DNA of 64,000 bases from a candidate division TA06 bacterium 32_111 (lineage in GTDB: Bacteria; Hydrothermota; 32-111), in NCBI GenBank assembly GCA_001508335.1, contig LGFX01000004.1:75654-139653 (forward strand), in the 5' to 3' direction. Below are positions 1 to 10,078 of the stretch, piece after piece. Numbering within the stretch: position 1 is the stretch's first letter; each line of letters begins with the position of its first letter. The notes beneath the pieces are model-generated. The model saw nothing but the letters and a program-made list of their open reading frames with translations, was not told the DNA's origin and ran no database searches. The position numbers were made by a program, and so were the translations under genes.

Positions 1-60
1 GAGTATGTTGAAACTTACGAAAAGAATGTTATAGAAAGAGCAAAAAAGGGGGATAGATGA
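1..60 (+). CDS. 3' end of an upstream gene (partial; ...EYVETYEKNVIERAKKGDR*) overlapping the next start (ATGA). By operon context it may be the beta subunit of a 2-oxoacid:ferredoxin oxidoreductase.
   Basis: Open frame from the window edge to TGA at 58-60, overlapping the ATG at 57. Identity is guessed from the downstream gamma subunit only. Confidence 0.25.
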   Translation, partial: EYVETYEKNVIERAKKGDR

Positions 61-614
61 GAGCAGAAATCAGGTTGGCTGGTAGCGGAGGTCAGGGGAT
101 AATTCTTGCAGCAAAAGTTATTGCTGAGGCAGCGGGGATTTTTTCAGAACTCAACGTTGTTCAATCGCAGATTTATGGTGCAGCAGCAAGAGGTGAACTT
201 TCCAAGGCGGATGTTATAATAGATGATGGTGATATATACACTCTTGAAATTTCTACCGCTGATATCCTTTTATGTCTTTCACAGGATGCTTACAACCGTT
301 ATTCTAAAGAGTTGAAGGAGGATGGGAAACTAATTATAGATTCCTTCTATGTTAAAAATTATGATCAGTTGGATAAAAGAATTCTTTCCTTCCCAATATC
401 AGAAATGTCAAAAGAACTCGCCGATTCTGAACTTTTTTCAAATATGATTTCAGTTGGAATATTGACCGTTGTTGGAAAATATTTTTCAGAGGAGAGTGTT
501 TTAAAATCCGTTGAAAAGAATGTTCCGAAGAATTTTCTTGATATGAATATAAAAGCTGTTAAATTAGGTTTTGAAAGAGCGAAAAGGAAGTACCCTGAAG
601 TTTGTGGAAATTAA
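57..614 (+). CDS. 2-oxoacid (pyruvate/2-ketoisovalerate):ferredoxin oxidoreductase, gamma subunit
   Basis: N-terminal RLAGSGGQGIILAAKVIAEAA is typical of POR/VOR gamma subunits. RBS aaaggggg lies upstream. Length is about 185 aa. Confidence 0.75.
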   Translation: MRAEIRLAGSGGQGIILAAKVIAEAAGIFSELNVVQSQIYGAAARGELSKADVIIDDGDIYTLEISTADILLCLSQDAYNRYSKELKEDGKLIIDSFYVKNYDQLDKRILSFPISEMSKELADSELFSNMISVGILTVVGKYFSEESVLKSVEKNVPKNFLDMNIKAVKLGFERAKRKYPEVCGN

Positions 615-1066
615 AATATAGAATCGTAGGAAAATTCGTAGATCACATTTACCTGTAACTTTAAAAGATTTTCCCCTCTAAAGGAATGGATATAAACTTT
701 TGCGTATCCATCCTTACATTTTATAATGTAGAGATGCCCTGCAAGTATTGGTGGAGAGATTGTATCTTTAAACATAGAGTAGGAAACTCTATCGATAGAG
801 TTGAAAGGTGCCTCCCCAAGGTCTATTATGTCCTGTTTTTTTGTTTTTTCATTTATAAGAAAATATATGTAACCTTCACGGGTAACAGTTGAATAGGAAG
901 GATTGTAGTCAACTATTGCAAGTATATCATTAAAGGTTGGATCAACGTTTGAACCTCTGTTTGAAAAATCGAAACCTATAGATGTTATGGTTGCTTTTTC
1001 AAGAGAATAGTCCATAGAACAACTTAAAAAGAGTATAACAAGTATTGAAAGAAGAATTTTATACAT
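611..1066 (-). CDS. Hypothetical lipoprotein
   Basis: Signal peptide with lipobox-like LFLSCS. No recognisable catalytic motif. Confidence 0.45.
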   Translation of the reverse strand: MYKILLSILVILFLSCSMDYSLEKATITSIGFDFSNRGSNVDPTFNDILAIVDYNPSYSTVTREGYIYFLINEKTKKQDIIDLGEAPFNSIDRVSYSMFKDTISPPILAGHLYIIKCKDGYAKVYIHSFRGENLLKLQVNVIYEFSYDSIF

Positions 1067-1095
1067 ATATAATAACTTAACTGAAAAGAAGTTTT

Positions 1096-4083
1096 ATGTC
1101 AACAGAAATAAAGAATATTTTGGAAAAATTCAGAAATGTTAAAAAAGATAAAATAGTCCCGGAAGTTTTTCCCTTAATTTTAACTGAAAAAATAGAAAGG
1201 ACGAAAGATAGTTATATTATTCTTGTAGATTCTTATGATGAATCGACATATCTTTTTGAACACTTTAGAAATTTTCTTTTAGAAAAAGTATCTTTTCTCG
1301 ATACTGGAAGTAATGATGATTTTTATAAAAAACTTTTTCTTCAGAAAAAGTTTCGAAAAAATATAGTAACTCAAAAGAAGATAAAAGAATTTAAATTCCC
1401 TGAAAAAGAGTATATCGAAGAAAACGGTATAGTTTTAGAAAAAGGGCAAAAACTGGATGTAGAAAAATTTATTGAAAAACTTGAAACTTTAAACTTTGAA
1501 AGGGTAGATAACGTTTTTGAAAATGGAGAGTTTGCGGTAAGAGGTTTTATAATAGATCTTTTCCCTTATGGGGATGAACCTTACAGAATTGAACTTGATG
1601 GCGAAAACATAGAATCTATAAGAAGATTTTCACTTGATACCCAATTGAGTTTGGAGAATGTTGAAAGGGTTTTTGTCCCACCAGATTTTGATATTCATCA
1701 CTCAAAAGTTAAGGATTTCGAAAGTTTTTTTTCAGATTACAGGATAGTTAACTTCTCCGATGAGATTTTAAAACTTGAACCAGATTTTACACTTTTTGAG
1801 CCTTTACCTGTCAAAGAGTTGGGTTTTTTAAATTTTTTAGATTTTTACAGAAAAAATTATCCTGAATATAAAGTTCTTATTTTTTCCTCTTCAAAATATG
1901 AAAAGGAAAAGATTGAAAAGTTAACAAAGAATCAGTTCGAAGTTTTTGATTTCAACATTTTTAAAGGTTTTATAGCACATAAGTTCAAAGAGATTTTTAT
2001 CAATGACTTTGAACTTTTCAAAAGGGAAAGAAGTGTTCGGTTTTCAAATCTGAAATTGAGTCCAATTTACCTTGAACAACTTGACCAGATTGAAAATGGG
2101 GACTTGGTTGTTCATCAAACTTACGGGATAGGAATATACGCTGGTATAGAAAAAATTGAATACAACAACAGGACAACAGACTGTTTAAAAATAATTTACG
2201 CTGAAAACGATAAACTTTTTGTTCCTGTTGAGCAGATTTATCTTGTTGACAAATATGTTGGGGATAAGGGAGAAAAATTAAAACTTTCATCTTTAAGATC
2301 AAACTCCTTTATCAAAGAGAAGGAAAGGATAAAAAAATCGATAAAAACTATAGCGGGAGAACTTCTAAGGTTATACGCTGAGAGAAACCTTGTTAAAGGA
2401 TTTTCTTTCAAAAAGGATGATTTGTTGCAACTTGAACTTGAAGAGAATTTCGAATATGAGGAGACTGAAGATCAGTTGAGAGTTATAGAAGAGGTAAAGA
2501 GGGATATGGAGAAGAGTGTTCCGATGGATAGATTGGTAGTTGGAGAGGTTGGGTATGGAAAAACTGAAGTTGCCCTAAGGGCATCCTTCAAGGCAGTTCT
2601 CTCGGACAAACAGGTAGCTTTTCTTGTTCCAACTACAATACTCGCTCAACAACATTATGAAACTTTCATTTCAAGGTTGAAGGATTTTGGGGTAGTTGTT
2701 GAGGTTATAAGCAGGTTCAAAAACGACTATCAGAAGAGAAAAATAAAAGAGGATTTAAAGGATGGGAAAATAGATATAATAATAGGAACACATGCATTGT
2801 TGTCTAAAGGAATAGAATTTAAAGATCTTGGATTACTAATTATAGATGAGGAACACAGATTTGGGGTAAAACAGAAGGAAAAGTTAAAAATCTTGAAAAA
2901 GAATATAGATGTATTATCACTATCTGCAACTCCAATTCCAAGAACACTTGAAATGTCACTTATGGGAGTTAGGGATATAAGCAGTATTAACACACCACCA
3001 TACGGAAGAAAAAATATAAAAACTTCAATTATAAAATGGGATGACAACACAATAAGGTTTGGCATATTGAAAGAGATCGAGAGGGGAGGACAAGTATATT
3101 TTATAAACAATAGGATAGAGAACATAAAATCTTTAGAAACACACCTTATAAAAATATTACCTGAAATTAAAATCATAACTTTGCATGCAAAGATGAGTTC
3201 AAAATATATTGATTTGATGATGCATAGATTCAAGAGAAAAGAGTTCGATGTGCTACTTTCAACTTCAATAATAGAATCTGGAATAGACAATCCTAATGTT
3301 AACACTATATTTATTAACAACGCTGATAAGTTTGGCCTTGCTGAACTACACCAGTTAAGGGGTAGAGTTGGAAGATCTGAAAGGGAAGCGTTCTGTTATC
3401 TGATAATTCAGTCTAAAGATCTTTTGACCGATAACGCAAAAAAAAGGATTTCGGTATTTTCATCCTACCCTTCACTCGGTGCTGGATTATCACTCGCTAT
3501 GAAGGATATTGAGATTAGGGGAGCAGGAAAAATACTTGGAACTGAACAACACGGTTATATAGGAAATGTTGGTTACTCTTTATATTTTAAACTTCTTAAC
3601 GAAGCGATGGAAGAGATTAAAGGAAAGAAAAAAGCAAAACTTATAGAACCAACTATAAACATACCATTCGATTCCTACATTTCAGAAAATTACAATATTA
3701 CAAGAAGTTCAAAGATAAAACTTTACAGATCCATAAATTCTGTGGACACCCTTGAAAATCTTGAAAAGAGAAAAGGAGAGGTTCTGGATATTTACGGTAA
3801 GATCTACTATGATGTTGAAAATCTGTTTAAATTTCAGGAACTTAAAATACTTTGTAAACAGAATGGGATCTCAAAGATAGAGTACATAAATGGAAAACTT
3901 ATTATAGAATTCTATACTGGTAATGATGAAAACCGTAACTCTTTAATAAAGAAAATTTTATCCAAAATAGAATACGATTTTGAAATTTTTTACGATCCGT
4001 CTTTTACCATAGTAATAAAACTCGGTAAAGAAAAAGAAGATTTTAAAACTCTCCACCGATACTTGAAAAAAATATTATTATAG
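1096..4083 (+). CDS. mfd: Transcription-repair coupling factor Mfd
   Basis: Superfamily-2 helicase motifs: GYGKTEVALRA Walker A, LIIDEEHRFGV DEEH box, and a RecG-like translocase core. A C-terminal TRCF-like region is present. 995 aa. TAG stop. Confidence 0.9.
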   Translation: MSTEIKNILEKFRNVKKDKIVPEVFPLILTEKIERTKDSYIILVDSYDESTYLFEHFRNFLLEKVSFLDTGSNDDFYKKLFLQKKFRKNIVTQKKIKEFKFPEKEYIEENGIVLEKGQKLDVEKFIEKLETLNFERVDNVFENGEFAVRGFIIDLFPYGDEPYRIELDGENIESIRRFSLDTQLSLENVERVFVPPDFDIHHSKVKDFESFFSDYRIVNFSDEILKLEPDFTLFEPLPVKELGFLNFLDFYRKNYPEYKVLIFSSSKYEKEKIEKLTKNQFEVFDFNIFKGFIAHKFKEIFINDFELFKRERSVRFSNLKLSPIYLEQLDQIENGDLVVHQTYGIGIYAGIEKIEYNNRTTDCLKIIYAENDKLFVPVEQIYLVDKYVGDKGEKLKLSSLRSNSFIKEKERIKKSIKTIAGELLRLYAERNLVKGFSFKKDDLLQLELEENFEYEETEDQLRVIEEVKRDMEKSVPMDRLVVGEVGYGKTEVALRASFKAVLSDKQVAFLVPTTILAQQHYETFISRLKDFGVVVEVISRFKNDYQKRKIKEDLKDGKIDIIIGTHALLSKGIEFKDLGLLIIDEEHRFGVKQKEKLKILKKNIDVLSLSATPIPRTLEMSLMGVRDISSINTPPYGRKNIKTSIIKWDDNTIRFGILKEIERGGQVYFINNRIENIKSLETHLIKILPEIKIITLHAKMSSKYIDLMMHRFKRKEFDVLLSTSIIESGIDNPNVNTIFINNADKFGLAELHQLRGRVGRSEREAFCYLIIQSKDLLTDNAKKRISVFSSYPSLGAGLSLAMKDIEIRGAGKILGTEQHGYIGNVGYSLYFKLLNEAMEEIKGKKKAKLIEPTINIPFDSYISENYNITRSSKIKLYRSINSVDTLENLEKRKGEVLDIYGKIYYDVENLFKFQELKILCKQNGISKIEYINGKLIIEFYTGNDENRNSLIKKILSKIEYDFEIFYDPSFTIVIKLGKEKEDFKTLHRYLKKILL

Positions 4084-4119
4084 ATTATAATTAAAAACTA
4101 TATCGTAGAAGGAGGTTCG

Positions 4120-5793
4120 ATGAAACTTTCAAGAAGGTTTTTCTTACTCATAATTCTGTCTTTTGTTTTGGTCTTTGTTTTTGGATGTTCAAAAAGTGAC
4201 AGGGTTCTTGCAAAAATTGATAAAAAGGTTATTTATGAGAGCACTTTTAAAAAGTTGTATTCACCCATGCCAAATGTTTCAAAAGAGGAAAATATAAAAA
4301 AGGCAGAAGATGCTTTGAATAACCTTATTAATCAGATGATAGTTTATAACTATATGGAGAAAAACGATCTACTGACGGATGAACTTTTAACGCAAAAGGT
4401 TCAATCTGAAAATAGCAGGTTGATAAGTTTAGTTTATGAAAACGAAGTGACTAAGAAAGTTAAGATAAGTGAAAAGGAATTATGGGACACATATTTGAGG
4501 AGTAAAACTACAATTTGGGCTCAACATATATTGGTAGAGGATAAAAAACTTGCTGATTCTCTCTACGAGATTTTGAAAAAGCAACCTGAAAGGTTTGGAG
4601 AACTTGCCGCACTCTATTCACTCGACACAAACAATAAAAACAATGAAGGGATGCTAAGGGAATTTTCAGGTGGGGTTATGGTAAAGCCTTTTGAGGATGC
4701 CTGTTTTAAACAACCAATAAATGTTATTGGTAAACCGGTAAAATCTAATTTTGGATACCATATAATAAGAGTTTTAAAAAGGGAAAGAAAAGATATTTCA
4801 AATTACCAGAAGGAGATAAAATCTATCGAAAATAACTTGAAAAGAAAAAAACTAAACGAAGTTGCAATGAAATCTGAAGAGAAATTGAGAAAAGAAGGAA
4901 AGATTAATGTGAATTTGGATAATATTAACAAACTGTTTCAATCTTTCAAATATGATTCTCTTGGAAATCTTATTCTTGACTCTCTAAAAGATGAAAGGAA
5001 TCTTGTTTTAGCCACATCGATTTTTGGTCCGTGGACGATAGATGATGTTATGAGAGAGGCCAAAAATGGTGGATTTGGAAAAGTTCCTCTATCCCAACCT
5101 GAAGTTTTAAGAAACTTTATTGACAGAATGCTTTTCTTTATGACTGTTTATCAAAAGGGAAAAAGGATGGGTGGCAACCTTTCAAAGGAGTTTGCAAAAG
5201 AAACTGATGTAAAAATGGCTATAATTTGCGATCAGAAAGTTAGAAAAGATATAATGAACTCAATTCCAACGGATGACTCTCTCCTTGTGAAATTTTACAA
5301 AGATAAGATCGATAGATTCATGGAAAAGGGTAAAGCGTATATATATGTCATAAACAATAAAGATCTACAAAAAATTAGCATGGTAAAGGATTCTTTGAAG
5401 TTTAAGAAGAAAGATTTTAAACGTTTTGCGAAAATCTACTCGACAATAAAACCGAAAGAGTTTTCTAAACCCGATTACTTTATTTTTGATGAAACGGATA
5501 CTACAGGTTATTATAAGAAGGCGCTTGAAACTGGAAAAGGTAAGATCTCAGATATATTTCAGAATTCTAACGGATACAACATAATATATGTTGTTGATGT
5601 TTTTCCACCTAAACCAAAAGAGTTGACCGATGAATTCAAAAAAAGACAGTTGAAAAATGAGTATTTGAAATTTTATACCGATAGTATATATAATGATCAG
5701 ATAGAGAAAGAGAAGCAAAATGTTAAACTGTTTGTTAACAGGGATCTTTTTGATAAAATAGTTAACAGCCTAATAAGTGAAAATAAGGAGTAA
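4120..5793 (+). CDS. Periplasmic parvulin-type peptidyl-prolyl isomerase / chaperone (PpiC/SurA-like lipoprotein)
   Basis: Signal peptide with lipobox FGCS. Parvulin signature ...GGVMVKPFEDACF...SNFGYHIIRV. Confidence 0.7.
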   Translation: MKLSRRFFLLIILSFVLVFVFGCSKSDRVLAKIDKKVIYESTFKKLYSPMPNVSKEENIKKAEDALNNLINQMIVYNYMEKNDLLTDELLTQKVQSENSRLISLVYENEVTKKVKISEKELWDTYLRSKTTIWAQHILVEDKKLADSLYEILKKQPERFGELAALYSLDTNNKNNEGMLREFSGGVMVKPFEDACFKQPINVIGKPVKSNFGYHIIRVLKRERKDISNYQKEIKSIENNLKRKKLNEVAMKSEEKLRKEGKINVNLDNINKLFQSFKYDSLGNLILDSLKDERNLVLATSIFGPWTIDDVMREAKNGGFGKVPLSQPEVLRNFIDRMLFFMTVYQKGKRMGGNLSKEFAKETDVKMAIICDQKVRKDIMNSIPTDDSLLVKFYKDKIDRFMEKGKAYIYVINNKDLQKISMVKDSLKFKKKDFKRFAKIYSTIKPKEFSKPDYFIFDETDTTGYYKKALETGKGKISDIFQNSNGYNIIYVVDVFPPKPKELTDEFKKRQLKNEYLKFYTDSIYNDQIEKEKQNVKLFVNRDLFDKIVNSLISENKE

Positions 5794-5796
5794 AAG

Positions 5797-6663
5797 ATGA
5801 AAAAAGACACAAAAATTATCACAATCCTCGTGCTTTCTTTAATAGTTGTAATCCTACTTGGATACATAGTTTTGAAGAACACGCAGGAAGAAAAAGTTAG
5901 TTTAATACCTTCAGGAAAAGTTCTTGCTACTGTGAATGGGATGAATATCTATGATGGTCTCATTGCAATCGTAACTCAGGGGCAGCAGGTTCCAGAAGAG
6001 AACAAAAAAATTGTTGTTGATGAACTTATCGACAACCTTTTAATCTACCAGGAAGCTTTAAAAAATGGTATAGAGAATGATACAAATCTTATCAACCAGT
6101 TGGAATTGCAAAAGATAATAACTCTTGCAAGTAAATATATGGAAAATAAAATTAAAGATCTACCTGCTCCAACTCAGGATGAAATAGATGCCTACTACAC
6201 TTTGAATAAGCCAAATTTTGAAAAGAATGTAAAAATAGCAATAATAGTTCTCCCAGCTGATAAAGGGTATGCTGATTCAATATACAATTTGATAAAATCA
6301 GGAAAGAAGAGTTTTGAATCTATTGCAAAAGAGGTCTCTCTTGATAAGCAAACTGGACAGAAAGGTGGATTAATTGATTCATGGTTCACTTTCAAACAGC
6401 TTACAAGCATTGGCTTCTCGAATATAGATTCTGTAGCTTTCTCTTTGAAAAATAAAAACGAAATCTCAACACCCTTTGTAGAGGTTAATGGAACATACAA
6501 CATAGTAAAACTTATCGATTTCAAACCATCCAACCTCGATCAAAATACAATAAGGGGAATGCTTTTAAATCTTTTGTATTCTGAAAAATCAAAATCATAT
6601 ATACAGTCATACACTAAACAGTTGAGGGAAAAAGCAAAGATAGAGTACAAGTTTGAAAACTAA
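5797..6663 (+). CDS. Membrane-anchored SurA N-domain / parvulin-like chaperone (PpiD-like)
   Basis: N-terminal transmembrane helix and a parvulin-like GQKGGLIDSWFTF segment. Follows 4 nt after the previous chaperone gene. Confidence 0.55.
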   Translation: MKKDTKIITILVLSLIVVILLGYIVLKNTQEEKVSLIPSGKVLATVNGMNIYDGLIAIVTQGQQVPEENKKIVVDELIDNLLIYQEALKNGIENDTNLINQLELQKIITLASKYMENKIKDLPAPTQDEIDAYYTLNKPNFEKNVKIAIIVLPADKGYADSIYNLIKSGKKSFESIAKEVSLDKQTGQKGGLIDSWFTFKQLTSIGFSNIDSVAFSLKNKNEISTPFVEVNGTYNIVKLIDFKPSNLDQNTIRGMLLNLLYSEKSKSYIQSYTKQLREKAKIEYKFEN

Positions 6664-7918
6664 ATATTTTTTTCTTTCATTATTTATAATTATCCTATCC
6701 GCTTTGAATTTAAAGGCGGATAGGATTTTTATTCAGGTTAACGATTCTATTATCTTAGAATCGGAATATAAGGAAAAACTTTCTCTTATAGAGAGTTCTT
6801 CAGTTTTTAACAAAGAAGCGGCAGATTCTTTAAAGAAAAATCTAACCCAGATTTTGATCGACTCCAAAATTTTGCAGATACTCGCCGATAAAGATTCGAT
6901 TAAGGTTGATTCTCTACTCCTTTTGAAAGAGGTTGACAGGAGAATAGAAGAGTTAAAAAAGAATTTTAACGATACTATTGAGTTTTACGATTACCTTTCT
7001 AAAAATGGAATAAATATAGAAAATCTTAAAAACAACTATTTCCAGCAGGCTGTTACTCTTTACTTGAAAAGACAGATTCTCAACAAAAGGATGATAAGAA
7101 CATCCGTTAACGAGAACGAGTTGAAAGATTTTTATGAACAGAACAAAGATTCCTTCTACATACAGCCTTCTGTGGATCTTTATTACATTTCAATTATAAT
7201 ACAGCCTGATAGCATTAAGATGATGGATCTACTTCAAAAGTTTGAATCCATAATTTTAGAGTTAAAGAACGGAAAAGATTTTTCAAATCTTTCCAAAACA
7301 TATTCTGAAGACAAGTATGCTAAAAAGGGTGGTGCTGTTGGGTTTAAAAAGTTTACCGAACTTTCTATGGAACTCGCCAACTTTCTATACCAGAATAGAA
7401 GATCTGATACGATTCTTTTCACTCAATCAAGGGAAGGTCTCCATATAATTAAAATTATCGAATCAAACGATGATTCGATAAACTACAAACAGATTCTTTT
7501 AAAATTACCCATAACCAGAGATGATTCTCTTAATGCGTATGATAGGATAAGTTTGATAAGAAAGGATATATTGAACAAAAAAATTACATTCGAAGATGCA
7601 GCAAAAAAATATTCCAACGATCAATGGACAAAAGATAGAGGTGGATTCGTTGGAAGAATAACCTTTGAAATGGTTTCTGAAAATATAAGGGAAGTTTTAG
7701 AAAAACTTAAAGAGGGAGAGGTTTCACCTGTAGTAAAAGGTGATTTTGGGTATGAACTTTTCATGGTGAAGAATCTATCCGGAGGTAAGATAAGTCCTTA
7801 TGAGGATGTCCGAGAACTTATAGCATCCGTTCTTGAAAGTAAAAAGGTTGAGGAAGAGATCAAAAAGATTATCGATAAAGAAAAGGAAAAATCTTTTATA
7901 AAAATCTATTCCGAATGA
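6653..7918 (+). CDS. SurA-like periplasmic chaperone with parvulin domains
   Basis: Signal peptide. Two parvulin-like segments (KKGGAVGFKKF... and DRGGFVGRITFEM...). Sits immediately upstream of pdxA, as in the classic surA-pdxA arrangement. Confidence 0.65.
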   Translation: MKTKYFFLSLFIIILSALNLKADRIFIQVNDSIILESEYKEKLSLIESSSVFNKEAADSLKKNLTQILIDSKILQILADKDSIKVDSLLLLKEVDRRIEELKKNFNDTIEFYDYLSKNGINIENLKNNYFQQAVTLYLKRQILNKRMIRTSVNENELKDFYEQNKDSFYIQPSVDLYYISIIIQPDSIKMMDLLQKFESIILELKNGKDFSNLSKTYSEDKYAKKGGAVGFKKFTELSMELANFLYQNRRSDTILFTQSREGLHIIKIIESNDDSINYKQILLKLPITRDDSLNAYDRISLIRKDILNKKITFEDAAKKYSNDQWTKDRGGFVGRITFEMVSENIREVLEKLKEGEVSPVVKGDFGYELFMVKNLSGGKISPYEDVRELIASVLESKKVEEEIKKIIDKEKEKSFIKIYSE

Positions 7919-8856
7919 AAAAAATCCTTCTTTCCGTTGGTGACCTTGGTGGAATAAATCCCTATCTTATATACATTGTAGCGAAAAAGTACAAGGATGT
8001 AAATTTTGAACTTTCAATCTCCGAAAAAATTTTTTATGATATTTTAAAAAATTTCAAAATTGATAAAAGGTTGAAAAATCTTTTTTTCGATTTTCCAAAA
8101 GTTAATATTTCAGGTATAGATTTTGGTAAACCATCTAAAAAATCAACTCAACTTTCGATAATCTCTCTCGATTTTTCTATTCAAAAGATCAAAAAGGGGA
8201 AGAATAAATATTATGGCCTTCTAACCATGCCTATTTGCAAAGAAGAGGTAGGAAAATTTATAAAAGGTTTTGGAGGGCATACTGAATATTTAGAGCAAAA
8301 ATTTGGGAAAAAATTGAGTATGCTTTTGTATTCGAAAAGAATCTCGGTTTTACCATTGACAAGACATATAAAACTCGAAAATGTCGAAAATGAAATTTTT
8401 AAATCGGAGATAAAGAAACAGATAAAAAATCTTTTTGATTTCTATAAAAATTTTTTAAACAAAAAACCTAAAATTTTATTTTTATGTATAAATCCGCATT
8501 GTTCTGACGGCAAACTGCTTGGAATGTCAGACGAAAAGTTTAAAAAGATAGTTTTGAATTTAAAAAAAGAATTCAAAAACATAGATGGACCAGTCTCTGC
8601 TGATTCCGCATTCAATGAGAGCAATTTGAAAAGATATGATACTTTTGTTGGTGTCTACCATGATCAGGTTCTAATTCCTTTTAAAATGTTATCTTTCAAC
8701 GATGGAGTTAACATCACCTTAGGTCTTGATTTTTTGAGGGTTTCACCGGATCATGGACCAGCCTATGATTTAAAATGTAAAAGAGATCTTATAGATACAA
8801 CTTCAACCGAAAGATCTGTTGAGATACTTTTAAATCTTAAATCCTCTCAAAAATAA
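7915..8856 (+). CDS. pdxA: 4-hydroxythreonine-4-phosphate dehydrogenase PdxA
   Basis: PdxA motifs GGHTEYL and VSPDHGPAYD. About 313 aa. Overlaps the preceding surA-like gene (ATGA). Confidence 0.85.
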   Translation: MKKILLSVGDLGGINPYLIYIVAKKYKDVNFELSISEKIFYDILKNFKIDKRLKNLFFDFPKVNISGIDFGKPSKKSTQLSIISLDFSIQKIKKGKNKYYGLLTMPICKEEVGKFIKGFGGHTEYLEQKFGKKLSMLLYSKRISVLPLTRHIKLENVENEIFKSEIKKQIKNLFDFYKNFLNKKPKILFLCINPHCSDGKLLGMSDEKFKKIVLNLKKEFKNIDGPVSADSAFNESNLKRYDTFVGVYHDQVLIPFKMLSFNDGVNITLGLDFLRVSPDHGPAYDLKCKRDLIDTTSTERSVEILLNLKSSQK

Positions 8857-10078
8857 CAACAGTTTCAAAGTGTTTTGTTTGAGGGAACATATCGAAGATC
8901 TTTATCTCGCTTATGAAAAATTCGTCTTTGATGAGGTTTATATCCCTTGTTAAAGTTGAAGGGTCGCATGATATATAGATAAGTTGATCCTTAATTTTTG
9001 GTAGTAAAGATTTTAGAAAGATTTTATCAACACCTTCTCTTGGCGGGTCCAATATAACTGTATCGAAAAGTTTATCATTCCCTATCTTAAAAGTAGAATC
9101 GATGAACCTGTTTATAACTGAAACATTTTTTATTCTGTTTTCCTTTATATTTTTTCTTTGAAAATGAACCGATGATTGGTTACCTTCTACAGAGTAGATG
9201 TTTTTAAAAATACGGTTAAAAATGATCGAATAGATTCCAATTCCAGAATACAGGTCAAGAAGAGTTTCTCCATTTTTTATAACACTCTGTAAATAGGAGT
9301 AAAGTTTTTCAGCGATATTATCGTTAACCTGAAGAAAATTTGAATGGGAAAAATGAAAAATGTTCTCATCGATGAGATTTACAAGTTCACCTTTTCCCTT
9401 TATATACAAAGGTTTTTCATCTTTTAAAAATAATATTATGTTGTCAACATCCAGAGATTCAAGATCAAGTGTTAGATTTGTTATTTCAGAAATCTCAGTG
9501 TAAAAAGTTAATAGGATTTTTCCAGATTTTGATATTCTTATGTTAACTTTTTTTATAAAATTCTGGTAAAGATTCATTCGGTTAAGTTTTTCTATTACCC
9601 CGTTTATTTTTTCGTTAACTATCATGCATGAATCTATGTTAACAAACTGGTTAGATTTTTCCTTCAAATATGAAAGACCACTTTCATTCACTCTTAAAGT
9701 TACCTTGTTCCTGTAATTGTAAGGTATTGATTCTACAAACTCTATGCCTTCCTGATAAGAAATTTTTGAATTCATTCTTAAAAGTTCTCTTAAAATTTCA
9801 GTTTTTATAATCTTATGGTATCTATAATCAATATGTTGAAAATAGCAACCACCACATTCTTTAAAATATTTACAAGGTGGTGTAATCCTATAGGGGGATT
9901 TTTTAATTATAGAAATGATTTCACCTTCAGTAAAACTTTTCTTCTCTTTTAAAATCTTTACTTCAACAACCTCATCAGGGATAACATCTTTAACAAAAAA
10001 TACCTTACCCTCATGCCTGCCAATACCCCTTCCATCGGAAACTATCTTCTCAATTTTTATTTTAGGATTTTGTTTCAT
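8837..10078 (-). CDS. 23S rRNA (uracil-C5)-methyltransferase, RlmD/RumA family (TRAM + Fe-S + SAM methyltransferase)
   Basis: N-terminal TRAM-like region. Cys cluster PPCKYFKECGGCYFQH. SAM-binding DLYSGIGIYS. Catalytic ISCDPSTLTRD motif. Confidence 0.8.
   Translation of the reverse strand: MKQNPKIKIEKIVSDGRGIGRHEGKVFFVKDVIPDEVVEVKILKEKKSFTEGEIISIIKKSPYRITPPCKYFKECGGCYFQHIDYRYHKIIKTEILRELLRMNSKISYQEGIEFVESIPYNYRNKVTLRVNESGLSYLKEKSNQFVNIDSCMIVNEKINGVIEKLNRMNLYQNFIKKVNIRISKSGKILLTFYTEISEITNLTLDLESLDVDNIILFLKDEKPLYIKGKGELVNLIDENIFHFSHSNFLQVNDNIAEKLYSYLQSVIKNGETLLDLYSGIGIYSIIFNRIFKNIYSVEGNQSSVHFQRKNIKENRIKNVSVINRFIDSTFKIGNDKLFDTVILDPPREGVDKIFLKSLLPKIKDQLIYISCDPSTLTRDINLIKDEFFISEIKIFDMFPQTKHFETVVIFERI

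Noticed and set aside
2018-3320. Antisense ORFs (94 and 196 aa) inside mfd, and similar small opposite-strand ORFs inside most long genes
   Set aside because: They are embedded in conserved coding sequence. Their low-complexity hydrophobic translations are typical of AT-rich antisense frames.
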